From positions 1-35,580 of the IMG/VR virus record IMGVR_UViG_3300044681_000033: a DNA stretch of 35,580 nt, one strand, 5' to 3'. The notes under the pieces were generated by a model that worked only from the letters and a program-made list of their open reading frames with translations, did not search any database and was not told where the DNA came from. Positions 6,376 through 15,663 of the stretch are shown here, one piece after another. A program made the translations under genes and the position numbers. Source of the stretch: a virus. Its lineage: Duplodnaviria > Caudoviricetes. Numbering within the stretch: the stretch's first letter is position 1; the number at the start of each line of letters is the position of its first letter.

Positions 6376-6767
6376 TTCTTCCTCATATCAATAATCTTCT
6401 CAAGCGTCCGTCCACCAAAGTAAAAGGACATAATCAGCATCCCCCATTGGCCTAACAGTTCTACATAGGCTTGATTCGCGTCATAGTCAAACGCAGACAT
6501 GAGCGCAAATAAGAAGTAGGCAAACAGAATCGCAATGAGGGTCATGGGACGGATGTTCTTGGATAACCAAGAGTCCGAGGACATATCTGCTTGGAGCCGC
6601 TTGGTAAGCTCTTGCTGTTCAGTTACATCTGCCTGAAGTTGAGCCAGTTCGCCCCTCTGTTGCATCTCAAGCAGTTGAACTTGTGCGCGGGCTTTAGCCT
6701 CTGGGTCTGGTATGAGTTTGTCTATGAGTTTAGAACCCACATCCAACAAAGCAGCAATAGGAATCAT
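6372..6767 (-). CDS. Holin of 3TMs (GTA-holin-like)
   Basis: KLIDKLIPDP, SDSWLSKNIRP, FYFGGRTLEK motifs; start MIPIAALL at 6767 (ATGA overlap). Confidence 0.85.
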   Translation of the reverse strand: MIPIAALLDVGSKLIDKLIPDPEAKARAQVQLLEMQQRGELAQLQADVTEQQELTKRLQADMSSDSWLSKNIRPMTLIAILFAYFLFALMSAFDYDANQAYVELLGQWGMLIMSFYFGGRTLEKIIDMRKK

Positions 6768-7225
6768 CTGTTCTCCAGAAATAAATACAGGCCAAAACTT
6801 GCTATAGAAAGAATTGTGACGACCAGAACGATCATCCAAAGGGTCAGCATAATGTTCTCTAGGAGCTTCTTTCTGCGGGCTTTCTCTGCGAGTTCCGCAC
6901 GAATCTTTTCTCTTTCCTCTGCTTCTCTCTGCTGTCTGGCCTTAACTCTAAAGGCCTGAAAGTCATCCCACATTCCAGGGCGACCTTGATAGATCAGAAG
7001 CTCTTTTAGTTCTTGTTCCTGTTTTCTAAGTTGCTCAAGGGCGAGAAACTCTTCCAGGTCGGAGCGTTTTCTCTCTGGCGTTTTCTTGACTTCTTCTTCA
7101 ATCGCGCTGGTCGCAGAGAAGTAGTCGATGACAGATTTACCCGCAGAGGCGATCTCCCCTGAGTTCTTTATAGCTGTCTTGATGACTTGGAAAGCCGCAT
7201 TTGCCGCAGCTATTTCGGCAATCAC
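6764..7225 (-). CDS. Coiled-coil protein with C-terminal transmembrane helix (lysis cassette)
   Basis: GTG at 7225 (GTGA overlap) gives MIAEIAAANAAF...; C-terminal hydrophobic IMLTLWMIVLVVTILSIASFGLYLFL. Confidence 0.65.
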   Translation of the reverse strand: MIAEIAAANAAFQVIKTAIKNSGEIASAGKSVIDYFSATSAIEEEVKKTPERKRSDLEEFLALEQLRKQEQELKELLIYQGRPGMWDDFQAFRVKARQQREAEEREKIRAELAEKARRKKLLENIMLTLWMIVLVVTILSIASFGLYLFLENR

Positions 7226-7446
7226 TTGCCACCTGTAATAAATCCCCAGATAGCGATGAGAACAGCCCAGAAGCAAGAAACAGTAATTGCAATGCCAGCA
7301 CCTAGACCCTTCCACTTGGTAAGGGCGGCCTTGACCTCGTGCATATCATCGCGGATCTCTTTCATGTCCTCGCGGGTTTCTTGCAAGAGACGCATTAGCT
7401 CTTGATGCTGCGCCTCCAGTCTGGCTATTCGCTCTACATCTTCCAT
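7222..7446 (-). CDS. XhlA-like small membrane protein (holin-associated)
   Basis: ERIARLE coiled coil followed by KWKG and one transmembrane helix. Confidence 0.65.
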   Translation of the reverse strand: MEDVERIARLEAQHQELMRLLQETREDMKEIRDDMHEVKAALTKWKGLGAGIAITVSCFWAVLIAIWGFITGGK

Positions 7447-7448
7447 TT

Positions 7449-7829
7449 TTATACCTCAACGGCTACCCAAGAAGTTGTGGCCTCGTCCCAAGAATACATC
7501 TTAGGAGGCTCACCCGTACCAGCGTCTTCAGGCATTGCTACTGGTGCTTCCCATTGTGCCAAATCGGTATTAAGAATCCAAGAGTTAAAAGGCTTGGGAG
7601 GAACAAAAGCATCAATGTCGGCGTTGTAGGTGTAGCCGATCCCCGCATAGTTCTTGCGGATGTTGCCGTTGTAGCTGGTCTGCTTCCAGTTTCCACCAAA
7701 GAGCTTTTCTAGGAAGGCTTGACCAATGTATTCCTTTTCAACACCGTTAGCGTCAGAAGTGTCCTTGTTAGCGACCACATGAACCTCAGTCACTACATTG
7801 TTTTCATCCAGTTTTGCAAAGTGCGCCAT
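7449..7829 (-). CDS. Conserved tail-fibre-associated protein (chaperone-like)
   Basis: MAHFAKLD, WKQTSYN..RKNYAGIG.TY....DAF.PPKP..SW, WEAPV.MP motifs common downstream of Gly-rich fibres. Confidence 0.65.
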   Translation of the reverse strand: MAHFAKLDENNVVTEVHVVANKDTSDANGVEKEYIGQAFLEKLFGGNWKQTSYNGNIRKNYAGIGYTYNADIDAFVPPKPFNSWILNTDLAQWEAPVAMPEDAGTGEPPKMYSWDEATTSWVAVEV

Positions 7830-7831
7830 GT

Positions 7832-8443
7832 TTATTCCTTTACAGATTCAAGTTTAAGTCCAGTTAAATCCATTTCTTCTCCAACAACACCAACTGGGAA
7901 AGTGTTGAAAGAAAGACTGATCCTTGTCTGATCGCCCTGCACAGTTTCAACCATGTGAGTAAGTGACGATGGGAAAAGAATCAGATCACCCGTACCGACT
8001 TCAAACCACCAGCTTTCAGAGTTCCAGACATTCCACTCCTCTGGCGGTAGCTTAATCATCTGGAAGCCATCACGGTAGAAATAAATCTTGTCCGTCTCTT
8101 TGTTAGCTTGCGGATAAAAGACACCTGATACAAACGAATTAGGGTGTGCGTGTTTGTGATGCCATTGCCCCGGCTCGGTGTAATTGCACCAGCTTTGTGT
8201 GATGCGGAGGCTTACATTGTGCTTGGGGTTATGGATCGACTTAAAGTAATCCGCAACAGATGTCTCAACAAAGTCCCGCAGTTTGGTTAACTCTTTGTTC
8301 CGCAGGATGGTGTTGTCCTCTGAGGTCGTATTGCCCTGATTAGGCCGAGTCTTCTGGCCCTTGATAAACCCAAGTTCTTTCTCGGTCAGGTCACGATCCA
8401 GCTTGTAGATGCCAACAGGTGTGGGGAATAGGTTGTGAATCAT
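7832..8443 (-). CDS. 2OG-Fe(II) oxygenase, TIGR02466-like
   Basis: LFPTP, SWCN, H.H.H.NS..SGVFY, GDLILFPS.L.H.V, RISLSFN; start MIHNLFPT at 8443. Confidence 0.85.
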   Translation of the reverse strand: MIHNLFPTPVGIYKLDRDLTEKELGFIKGQKTRPNQGNTTSEDNTILRNKELTKLRDFVETSVADYFKSIHNPKHNVSLRITQSWCNYTEPGQWHHKHAHPNSFVSGVFYPQANKETDKIYFYRDGFQMIKLPPEEWNVWNSESWWFEVGTGDLILFPSSLTHMVETVQGDQTRISLSFNTFPVGVVGEEMDLTGLKLESVKE

Positions 8444-8685
8444 GCGGCTTCCTTGGGTTGGCCTGTCAGTTCTGCCCATTGCTCGGGCAACCAGATGGTG
8501 TTAATGGATTCTTCAAACGCCTTAATCTTTTCCATCGTTGCGTCTATTTCTTCCCAAGACGGAATCGGTCTAGGGTCATCCCACCGGGTAATAATCCGAT
8601 TTGAGACTTCCCATTTAGCGCCGGGGCGAAGTAACTCCATCGCCGTGTTGATGCCGTAAAGCCTGAAGATCTTTGCGTCTGACAT
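8440..8685 (-). CDS. XkdW-like small tail-fibre-associated protein
   Basis: A...LRPGAKW.......W.DPRP.PSWEEI pattern; directly follows the fibre gene. Confidence 0.55.
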   Translation of the reverse strand: MSDAKIFRLYGINTAMELLRPGAKWEVSNRIITRWDDPRPIPSWEEIDATMEKIKAFEESINTIWLPEQWAELTGQPKEAA

Positions 8686-8698
8686 TAACTCTCCTTTT

Positions 8699-11600
8699 TT
8701 ACCAACGAATGATTACGATACCTGAACCGCCAGAGCCACCCGCAGAGCCGGTGTTACCATTATTAGCGTTTGACGCACCGCCACCGCCACCGCCTCCTGT
8801 GTTTACCGTTCCAGCCGTACCCGCAGGGGTAGTCCAACCATTGCCAGCCTGTCCCGTAGCGCCAGCACCTCCTCCACCTGCACCCCCAGAACCGCCTGTA
8901 GCAAGATTTTGGTACACTCCACCGCCACCTCCACCAGCATAAGTTACCGACAATCCAGATATGGTAGATGCCGCTCCTGCGCCACCGTTGCCTCCAGCAG
9001 ATCCACTTCCATTGCTGCCTGTAGCAGAAGCACCGCCGCCGCCTCCACCACCGTAGCCCGGTGCAGATAATGGAGCATCTCCGCCGTTATTCCCCTGCGA
9101 AGGAGAAACAGATGGTGTATTTCCAGCACCACCTGTAGCAGTTGGCCCACCTCCAACAACTTGCCCACCACCTCCAGAACCGCCTGCGGAGCCATTATCA
9201 TAAGTTGCAGATGTTGCGCTACCGCCAGCACCACCGCCTGCGGATGTAATGGTGCTAAATATCGAGTTAGACCCATTGCTACCGGGGTTTCCTGATGTTG
9301 GGCCTGTACCACCTGCACCTACGGTAATAGAGTAAGTCGTTCCTGCGGAGACAGAGAAGCCTGTGCCAGTTCTGTAACCACCAGCACCGCCACCACCTGC
9401 GCCACCAACGCCACCAATTCCAGCACCTCCTGAACCCCCGCCGCCCACTACGAGGTACTCGACCTCCGTGATACCAGCAGGGCAAGTCCATGACCCGTCT
9501 GCTTGGAAGATTTGGTAATTGGGTTTGGATAGGTATTTTAGGATGACGATGCCTGAACCGCCTGAACCGCCACCAACATCAGCAGGGAAAGAACCATTCG
9601 TACCGCCAGCACCGCCGCCGCCACCCGTGTTAGCAGTTCCAGCTATACCAGCAGAAGCAGATCCTGCGTCCCCACCACCGCCTGTTCCTCCTGTTCCAGC
9701 AGTTCCCCCGTTATAGGTAGAACCACCACCACCCCCTGCGTAAGTTACAGAAGACCCTGTGATTGTTGAAACAGAGCCATTACCACCATTACCGCCAGTT
9801 GTAGTGGTAGCGTTTCCTCCTGTATTGGATGCTCCACCACCACCGCCTGATCCGTAATTAGGTGCACCTGCGCCATTACCGCCGTTGTTACCTTGAGTTG
9901 CGTTTGTATCTGGAGGTGAAGAAGATGCTGGCGTATTTCCAGTTCCTCCAGTACCGGGGCCACCAAAACCAGTTCCCCCGCCACCGCCTCCAGAACCCCC
10001 ATTACCACCAACGGTTCCTGTACCGCCGCCAAGCGCACCATATCCACCACCTGCGGAGGTAATAGTTGAAAAAACGGAGTTTGAACCAACAATACCACTT
10101 GCACCATCGCCGCCACTCGGGCCACCTTGTCCACCAGCACCACCAGCACCTACGGTTATAGAGTAAGAGGTTCCAGAAGTAACTGCCAAGCCTGTGCCAG
10201 TTCTAAATCCACCTGCACCGCCCCCAGCACCCGAACCACCTTGTCCACCAGAGCCAGACCCCCCGCCACCACCCCCTACTACGAGGTAGTCTACATAGTT
10301 CACGCCTACAGGAGCCGTCCAGTTTGTAGAGGACTTAAATGTTTCTACTGTGGATAAAGGGACTGCGTATTTGAGAAGGACAACACCAGAGCCGCCTGTG
10401 CCACCACCGCCACCAAACGCCGCACTCCCGCCTCCGCCTCCGCCCGTATTTACTATTCCAGAAGTAGCCGCACTTGAGCCAGTAGATCCTGCGCCACCGC
10501 CTCCAGAACCTCCGCTACCAGCGGTTCCTGCATAAGATCCGCCGCCCCCTCCGCCCGCATAGGTTACAGAAGACCCTGAGATTGTTGAAACGGAGCCATT
10601 ACCACCGTCACCACCATGAGAAGGACCATCAGTATCATAATTTTCACCCGCTTGACTAGCTCCACCCCCACCACCAAATCGTTGATTATTTGGTACCGAA
10701 ATACCAGAGCCGCCATTATTGCCTTGAGTGGCATTTGTATCTGGTGGAGAGGCTGAGGCTGGTGTATTTCCAGAACCACCGGGTCCATCTCCTCCTCCTC
10801 CGCCAGAACCGCCGTTTTTACCAGTCCCGTTTGGAGCATATGTTCCACCGCCTCCGCCACCAGCGGAAGTAATTGTTGAAAACACAGAGTTGGAACCATT
10901 ATTTCCTGCCCCACTTGGGGCGGTACCTCCCGCACCAACAGTTACTGTGTAATCGGTTCCAGCAGTAACACTAAATCCCGTACCAGTTCTAAAACCGCCG
11001 GCTCCTCCACCTCCGCCATCGGTACCACCTCCTCCGCCACCAGCAACCACAAGGTATTCCACCTCGGTCACTCCTGCGGGGCAAGTCCAAGTACCGTCTG
11101 CGTTGAATTGCTGAACAACATCAACCGTTGTGGCGGGTGTTACTGTGTATTTGATAATGACGATGCCAGAGCCGCCTGCTCCTGATATAGATGTTTCTGC
11201 GCCACCGCCACCGCCACCACCTGTGTTAGCGGTTCCATTACTACCCGCAGTTGTTGGGTTATATGTCCCGCCGTTTCCTCCACCATCGGTTGCTGTTCCA
11301 CCCGGTTGACCAGTTGACCCACCAGCACCAGCACCACCGCCAGCATAAGGAAGGGTAGACCCGGATAGTGTAGATGTTAGACCGCTACCACCATTTCCAC
11401 CTGCGTTTGTAGTGACATCACTTCCTGCTGATCCAGCACCGCCACCGCCACCGCCGCCCGCACTAACAATATTATCCGAATCACCACCATCGTTCCCTTG
11501 TCCTGCTGTTCCTGTACCACCTGTAGTTGCGGCAGGGCCTCCTCCTGCTCCACCGCCAGAACCACCAGATGATCCATTTAGTTGATCTTTTCCACCCCCA

Positions 11601-11965
11601 CCACCGCCAGTAGAAGTGATTGTGCTGAAAACAGAATCTGATCCATTGTTTCCTTGAAACGCTGATGTGCCAACTGATGCCCCGCCTGCACCAACTGTAA
11701 CCGTGTAAGAAGTTCCAGCTACAACAGCCAAAGCAGTTCCTGTGCGGAAGCCACCTGCACCACCACCCCCACCACCACCAGATGTTGAGCCTACATTTAC
11801 TGAACTACCACCCGAACCACCACCGGCAACAACCAAATACTCCACCTCTGTTACACCCGCAGGGCATACCCATGTCGTAGAAGAAGTAAAGGTCTGGATG
11901 ATTGTGTAGGGGCCAGCACCACCCGGCTTTAAGAACCCTAGTAAAGCATTAAGAATACCTGTCAT
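8699..11965 (-). CDS. Glycine-rich tail fibre/adhesin with four tandem ~260-aa Gly-rich domains
   Basis: Four units, each opening F....W..P.G...V.YLVV.GGG and closing NTGGGGG...GGSG.V...; Trp codons at ~11871, 11088, 10320 and 9489. Confidence 0.85.
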   Translation of the reverse strand: MTGILNALLGFLKPGGAGPYTIIQTFTSSTTWVCPAGVTEVEYLVVAGGGSGGSSVNVGSTSGGGGGGGAGGFRTGTALAVVAGTSYTVTVGAGGASVGTSAFQGNNGSDSVFSTITSTGGGGGGKDQLNGSSGGSGGGAGGGPAATTGGTGTAGQGNDGGDSDNIVSAGGGGGGGAGSAGSDVTTNAGGNGGSGLTSTLSGSTLPYAGGGAGAGGSTGQPGGTATDGGGNGGTYNPTTAGSNGTANTGGGGGGGAETSISGAGGSGIVIIKYTVTPATTVDVVQQFNADGTWTCPAGVTEVEYLVVAGGGGGGTDGGGGGAGGFRTGTGFSVTAGTDYTVTVGAGGTAPSGAGNNGSNSVFSTITSAGGGGGGTYAPNGTGKNGGSGGGGGDGPGGSGNTPASASPPDTNATQGNNGGSGISVPNNQRFGGGGGASQAGENYDTDGPSHGGDGGNGSVSTISGSSVTYAGGGGGGSYAGTAGSGGSGGGGAGSTGSSAATSGIVNTGGGGGGSAAFGGGGGTGGSGVVLLKYAVPLSTVETFKSSTNWTAPVGVNYVDYLVVGGGGGGSGSGGQGGSGAGGGAGGFRTGTGLAVTSGTSYSITVGAGGAGGQGGPSGGDGASGIVGSNSVFSTITSAGGGYGALGGGTGTVGGNGGSGGGGGGTGFGGPGTGGTGNTPASSSPPDTNATQGNNGGNGAGAPNYGSGGGGGASNTGGNATTTTGGNGGNGSVSTITGSSVTYAGGGGGSTYNGGTAGTGGTGGGGDAGSASAGIAGTANTGGGGGAGGTNGSFPADVGGGSGGSGIVILKYLSKPNYQIFQADGSWTCPAGITEVEYLVVGGGGSGGAGIGGVGGAGGGGAGGYRTGTGFSVSAGTTYSITVGAGGTGPTSGNPGSNGSNSIFSTITSAGGGAGGSATSATYDNGSAGGSGGGGQVVGGGPTATGGAGNTPSVSPSQGNNGGDAPLSAPGYGGGGGGGASATGSNGSGSAGGNGGAGAASTISGLSVTYAGGGGGGVYQNLATGGSGGAGGGGAGATGQAGNGWTTPAGTAGTVNTGGGGGGGASNANNGNTGSAGGSGGSGIVIIRW

Positions 11966-11974
11966 GGTTTTGCC

Positions 11975-12664
11975 TTAAGTAAGACCGTTGCCAGAAATAA
12001 TCCAAGTCGTACTAGCGACCTTCACCGCAGAGGCGACACCGTAAGCCGCAAGGGTGCGAGAACTCGTATCTCCATCGCCAGCCAAATACATTGTGTCGTC
12101 CGTAATCGCAATCGTGACATCGTTTATCAGATTCACAAAAGTTAACACCGTACCTACAGGATAAGCCACGCTTGAGTTGGCAGGGATTGTAAATGTACGG
12201 GCGTTGTCATCTGCAATCGGGTGGAGAATTGTTTTACCAGAGTCCGCAAGAACGGCTGTGTAATCCGCAGACTGTGAGTTAACAGGGGTGTTTCTGAATC
12301 CAACCGCATCTGTTCCATCCACCGTAAGAGTGTTCGCAGACCCGCTAATAGTAGAGCCTGTAATAACGCCCATTGTAGCAGTATTGGTAACATTTAAGGT
12401 AGACGACATAACAACCGCAGAGTTGAATGTCGCAGTTCCCGTTACATCCGCACCAGATAGGATTTCCGCTGTGGTCGCTACGATCTTGGCAGTTGTAATG
12501 GTGTCACCAGAAGACCCGTCTATAAACTCACGAACCTGACTAAGAAAAGCTCTGAGCGAATTATTTACATCCGAAGGGGCCATGCCCTCCCCGATGTTAA
12601 TACCATCTATATCGGTATTGTCGCCTGGGGTTGCTGAGTATTCTGAAAATTTAGTGCGTGGCAT
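11975..12664 (-). CDS. Tail fibre/tail-associated structural protein
   Basis: N-terminal NTDIDGINIGEG..PS.VNN..R anchor and C-terminal TIPANSSVAYPVGT...WIISGNGLT domain. Confidence 0.7.
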   Translation of the reverse strand: MPRTKFSEYSATPGDNTDIDGINIGEGMAPSDVNNSLRAFLSQVREFIDGSSGDTITTAKIVATTAEILSGADVTGTATFNSAVVMSSTLNVTNTATMGVITGSTISGSANTLTVDGTDAVGFRNTPVNSQSADYTAVLADSGKTILHPIADDNARTFTIPANSSVAYPVGTVLTFVNLINDVTIAITDDTMYLAGDGDTSSRTLAAYGVASAVKVASTTWIISGNGLT

Positions 12665-12667
12665 TTG

Positions 12668-14560
12668 TTACTCTCCTAAAAGTCCGCGTATTTGTCCTTG
12701 CTCTGCATACAGCCTTGCAAGATCACCTAAACCAAATCTAACCGCCTCTGGGGTTCGTGTTTCAAACTCACGCATACCCCTAGCAAGGATTCCCTCATCT
12801 GGGGCAATCGCTCCCAACTGCCTTCTTGCAACTACAGACCGCACAGGCTCAGATGTTGCAATCCTAGCCGCAAGAGCAGGAAGCGTCTGTGCCGCACCAG
12901 CAGCCATTAGTGCCGCATAAGGGTCTTGTGTATAAGCACCAGCAGCACCAGCACCTAATACTGGAAGAGCAGCCGCCTGCGCCATTTGCTTAACAGCACC
13001 AGCCGCCTCTGCTCGTTCTGCCGTTCCAGATGAAGGCAAGGCACGAGGGAAAGCACGAACCGCAAGAGCCGCAGTTTCTAATGGGGTATTTCGTCCACCA
13101 AAGTTAGATTTTCGTGCAAGAGATCCAGCCAACTTAGGCCCACTTAATTCGCCCGTAGCGGGATTAAATGCCTCATCAACTGTAAACCAGTTAGACATTT
13201 GAGTTCTGCCCTCGCGGAACTTCTTAACCACATCATTGCTAACAAGACCCTTTTTAGCTGGCGATGTGATGCTTCTTTCAATTGCGTTTTCAAATGCATT
13301 TCTAAGGTCTTTGAGCGCACCAGCACCAATCTTCCCAGACTTCTGAGCAGTAAATAATTGGTCGCTTAACGCTTTTAATCCGTAATACATTGTCTCGCCA
13401 TCTATAGCGTTCTTAACAAATGTCTTGTATTCCTCTAAAACAGACTCAACCTCTGGAACACCAAGCTGTTGCCTTTGTGTCTCAGGTACTTTTTTGAGGT
13501 CTTTAAGAATGGCATCTATTTGTTGCCCAAACGCTTTGTCGAGCTTAATTGACGGAACGGCTTGCAAAGATTGGTACTTTGCTAATGCGTTTTGATAAGC
13601 GTCAGACATAGCTTGCGGAGTAAAAGGAACCCCAGATTTAAGCCCAATTGCGTTAGCCGCAATACCTTGTAATGCTTCTTGGTTTGCATCCTCTAACTTA
13701 GTAAACGCACCACGAGCCAAAGGAAGAGCCTTAATTCCTTCTTCTATAAACATTCCAGTTCGCGAGCCAGTCATCTGCGCTGGAGTAAATTGGAAACCAG
13801 CTTCTACAGCCCGTCTTGCGGCCTCTTGTTGTGCGGCAGGAAGTTCGCTCTCCAAAGCTGGAGTAAGGCCCATAGCCCGCAAAGCTGGTTGTGCAACTCC
13901 AGCCATTCCTGCGCTCAGAACAGCAGATCCAGCCGCCTCTTGACCTGACTCATAAGGGAATGTCTGTGAATACAAAGCACCGCCAAGAGCAGCCTGTGGA
14001 ATGGTTCTAGGGGATGTTATGGCCTGCCTTCCGTACTGTATGCCACGCTCAACTGTTGGGCCTATTCGTGGAACTAGACCAGCGGCAGCTTGGACGGGCC
14101 TTAGTGCAGCACCAACGCCATACATAGAGGCTAAGTCTAAGCCAAGGCCACCAAGAAGCTCTGTCCCTGTTGCGGGACTAAACCTTCTAAACTCAGGCGA
14201 CAATTCACCAGATGGCCCCATTCCAGGCATAACCTGTCGAGTCCTAGCGACCTCTTGCTCATACTGCGCTAATTGTTCAGGAGATGTAATTCCAAGTGCA
14301 GCACCAGCCCGCAAGCCAGCCCCACGCAATCCCATGCCCATTTCACTCAACCGCTTGCCAGCACCAGCTTGAAGTTGCTCCGCAACAAACCTACGGTCTT
14401 CTGGTTGTGGTTGTGCAACAGGGGTTGGAACAGGTGCTTCCATGCCACGCTTTGCGCGTTCAGCAGCAACTCGATCTTTTAACCTTTGGTCATCTTGAGG
14501 TATGTCATCAGGGATATTCCGCAAAGTTATCCCATCTTTGGTTGTGATTGAGTATGGCAT
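12668..14560 (-). CDS. Internal virion/DNA ejection protein (large)
   Basis: Ala/Gly-rich helical protein with TPAQMTG and SGTAER motifs; position after the nozzle as in podovirus ejection operons. Confidence 0.7.
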   Translation of the reverse strand: MPYSITTKDGITLRNIPDDIPQDDQRLKDRVAAERAKRGMEAPVPTPVAQPQPEDRRFVAEQLQAGAGKRLSEMGMGLRGAGLRAGAALGITSPEQLAQYEQEVARTRQVMPGMGPSGELSPEFRRFSPATGTELLGGLGLDLASMYGVGAALRPVQAAAGLVPRIGPTVERGIQYGRQAITSPRTIPQAALGGALYSQTFPYESGQEAAGSAVLSAGMAGVAQPALRAMGLTPALESELPAAQQEAARRAVEAGFQFTPAQMTGSRTGMFIEEGIKALPLARGAFTKLEDANQEALQGIAANAIGLKSGVPFTPQAMSDAYQNALAKYQSLQAVPSIKLDKAFGQQIDAILKDLKKVPETQRQQLGVPEVESVLEEYKTFVKNAIDGETMYYGLKALSDQLFTAQKSGKIGAGALKDLRNAFENAIERSITSPAKKGLVSNDVVKKFREGRTQMSNWFTVDEAFNPATGELSGPKLAGSLARKSNFGGRNTPLETAALAVRAFPRALPSSGTAERAEAAGAVKQMAQAAALPVLGAGAAGAYTQDPYAALMAAGAAQTLPALAARIATSEPVRSVVARRQLGAIAPDEGILARGMREFETRTPEAVRFGLGDLARLYAEQGQIRGLLGE

Positions 14561-15654
14561 TAGTAGTCCACCTCTATATTTCGATTCGCCTGAACTGGTT
14601 GCACCCCAGTAGCTTTAATAACATCTTGTGGAAGCTCCTTGTACCTATTGTTCCACTTGCGTATGGTTCCATTAGCAACCTTCTCTTCAATTTCAATTTG
14701 ACGCTTCAAAGAATCTATAGAGAATTCAATGTTACCCAATACGGCTTTTTCCAAGAATTCTCGATCTTTGTCTGTAAAGCCTTGTCCAGCACCAAGCCCA
14801 GAGTTTTTAACATTGTCTAATGTTGCTTTTGCCCTGCTTGCAAATAACTGCTCTGTATTTGCAATCAATTCGTCTGTAGTTTTCCCTGTCAGTCCAAGTG
14901 ACTTGCCAGCAGCTGCAATGGCTAATCGTTTATTAGCAAACGCCCCAGTAAATACCTTGCCCTCATCTAACAACTTTTTGGTTGTTTCAATGGTTCGCAA
15001 TGAGTCTGGTGCAGATAACGCAGCGTCTCTCAACTTAACATCTTCTTGTGCAACCTGGGTGGCAAATGCTTCTCCGTATTTCTTTTCTGTAGACAGACTA
15101 ACTGGAACAGTTACGCTTACACCACCGCCACCAAGCTCAGACACTTTTCCAGTCTTAGAGCTTACTTGGTATGTCTTATTTGCTGGCAACCCTCTTGCAG
15201 TTACTTCTTCAGTTGTAAGCTGCCTAAATGACTCTGGTTGCTCCCTAAACTGAGACTCTATGCGCTTACCAATAAACTCACTAGGAGCAGCCTCAAACAA
15301 AAGCTGATCTTGCTCAGATAATGTCGGGCGCAACTTCTCAATAGCAGTTTGTCGCTGAATCTCTGCCTTTCGCTTCCTCTGCATCTCTTGTATCTGCTGA
15401 CCGCGCACAATGTTTTGCAGGGTTTCATCAAAAGCACCTTGGTAGGCTTGACCAAACGCAGGGCCAGCTTGTGCGATGATCTGCCCAAGTCTCGGCTTAC
15501 CTTGCCCAGGTTGACCTTGTGAGGCTTGCAAAAGAGCGAACCCAAGGTTTAACAATCCCTGAGACTTAGCTCGCTCTTGTAGTGCTTGCTCTTGTTGGGG
15601 GTCTAACAATCCAGCAGGAATACCTGCACCCATTAAGTCTTGTAGTGTTGCCAT
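14560..15654 (-). CDS. Internal virion/DNA ejection protein (P22 gp20-like position)
   Basis: Gln-rich N-terminus; G.G.GFTDKDREFL motif typical of DNA-transfer proteins. Confidence 0.7.
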   Translation of the reverse strand: MATLQDLMGAGIPAGLLDPQQEQALQERAKSQGLLNLGFALLQASQGQPGQGKPRLGQIIAQAGPAFGQAYQGAFDETLQNIVRGQQIQEMQRKRKAEIQRQTAIEKLRPTLSEQDQLLFEAAPSEFIGKRIESQFREQPESFRQLTTEEVTARGLPANKTYQVSSKTGKVSELGGGGVSVTVPVSLSTEKKYGEAFATQVAQEDVKLRDAALSAPDSLRTIETTKKLLDEGKVFTGAFANKRLAIAAAGKSLGLTGKTTDELIANTEQLFASRAKATLDNVKNSGLGAGQGFTDKDREFLEKAVLGNIEFSIDSLKRQIEIEEKVANGTIRKWNNRYKELPQDVIKATGVQPVQANRNIEVDY

Positions 15655-15663
15655 ATCTTTACC

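Noticed and set aside
7832-8443. TET/JBP-type DNA hypermodification pathway with the glycosyltransferases
   Set aside because: Motifs fit TIGR02466 rather than TET/JBP, no C5-cytosine methyltransferase is present, and the gene sits among tail genes; kept only as a minor alternative.
8673-11577. Many alternative-frame and antisense ORFs over the fibre gene (e.g. 8944..9318, 9745..10149, Pro-rich + strand ORFs)
   Set aside because: Shadows of GGN-codon runs; no RBS or independent motifs.
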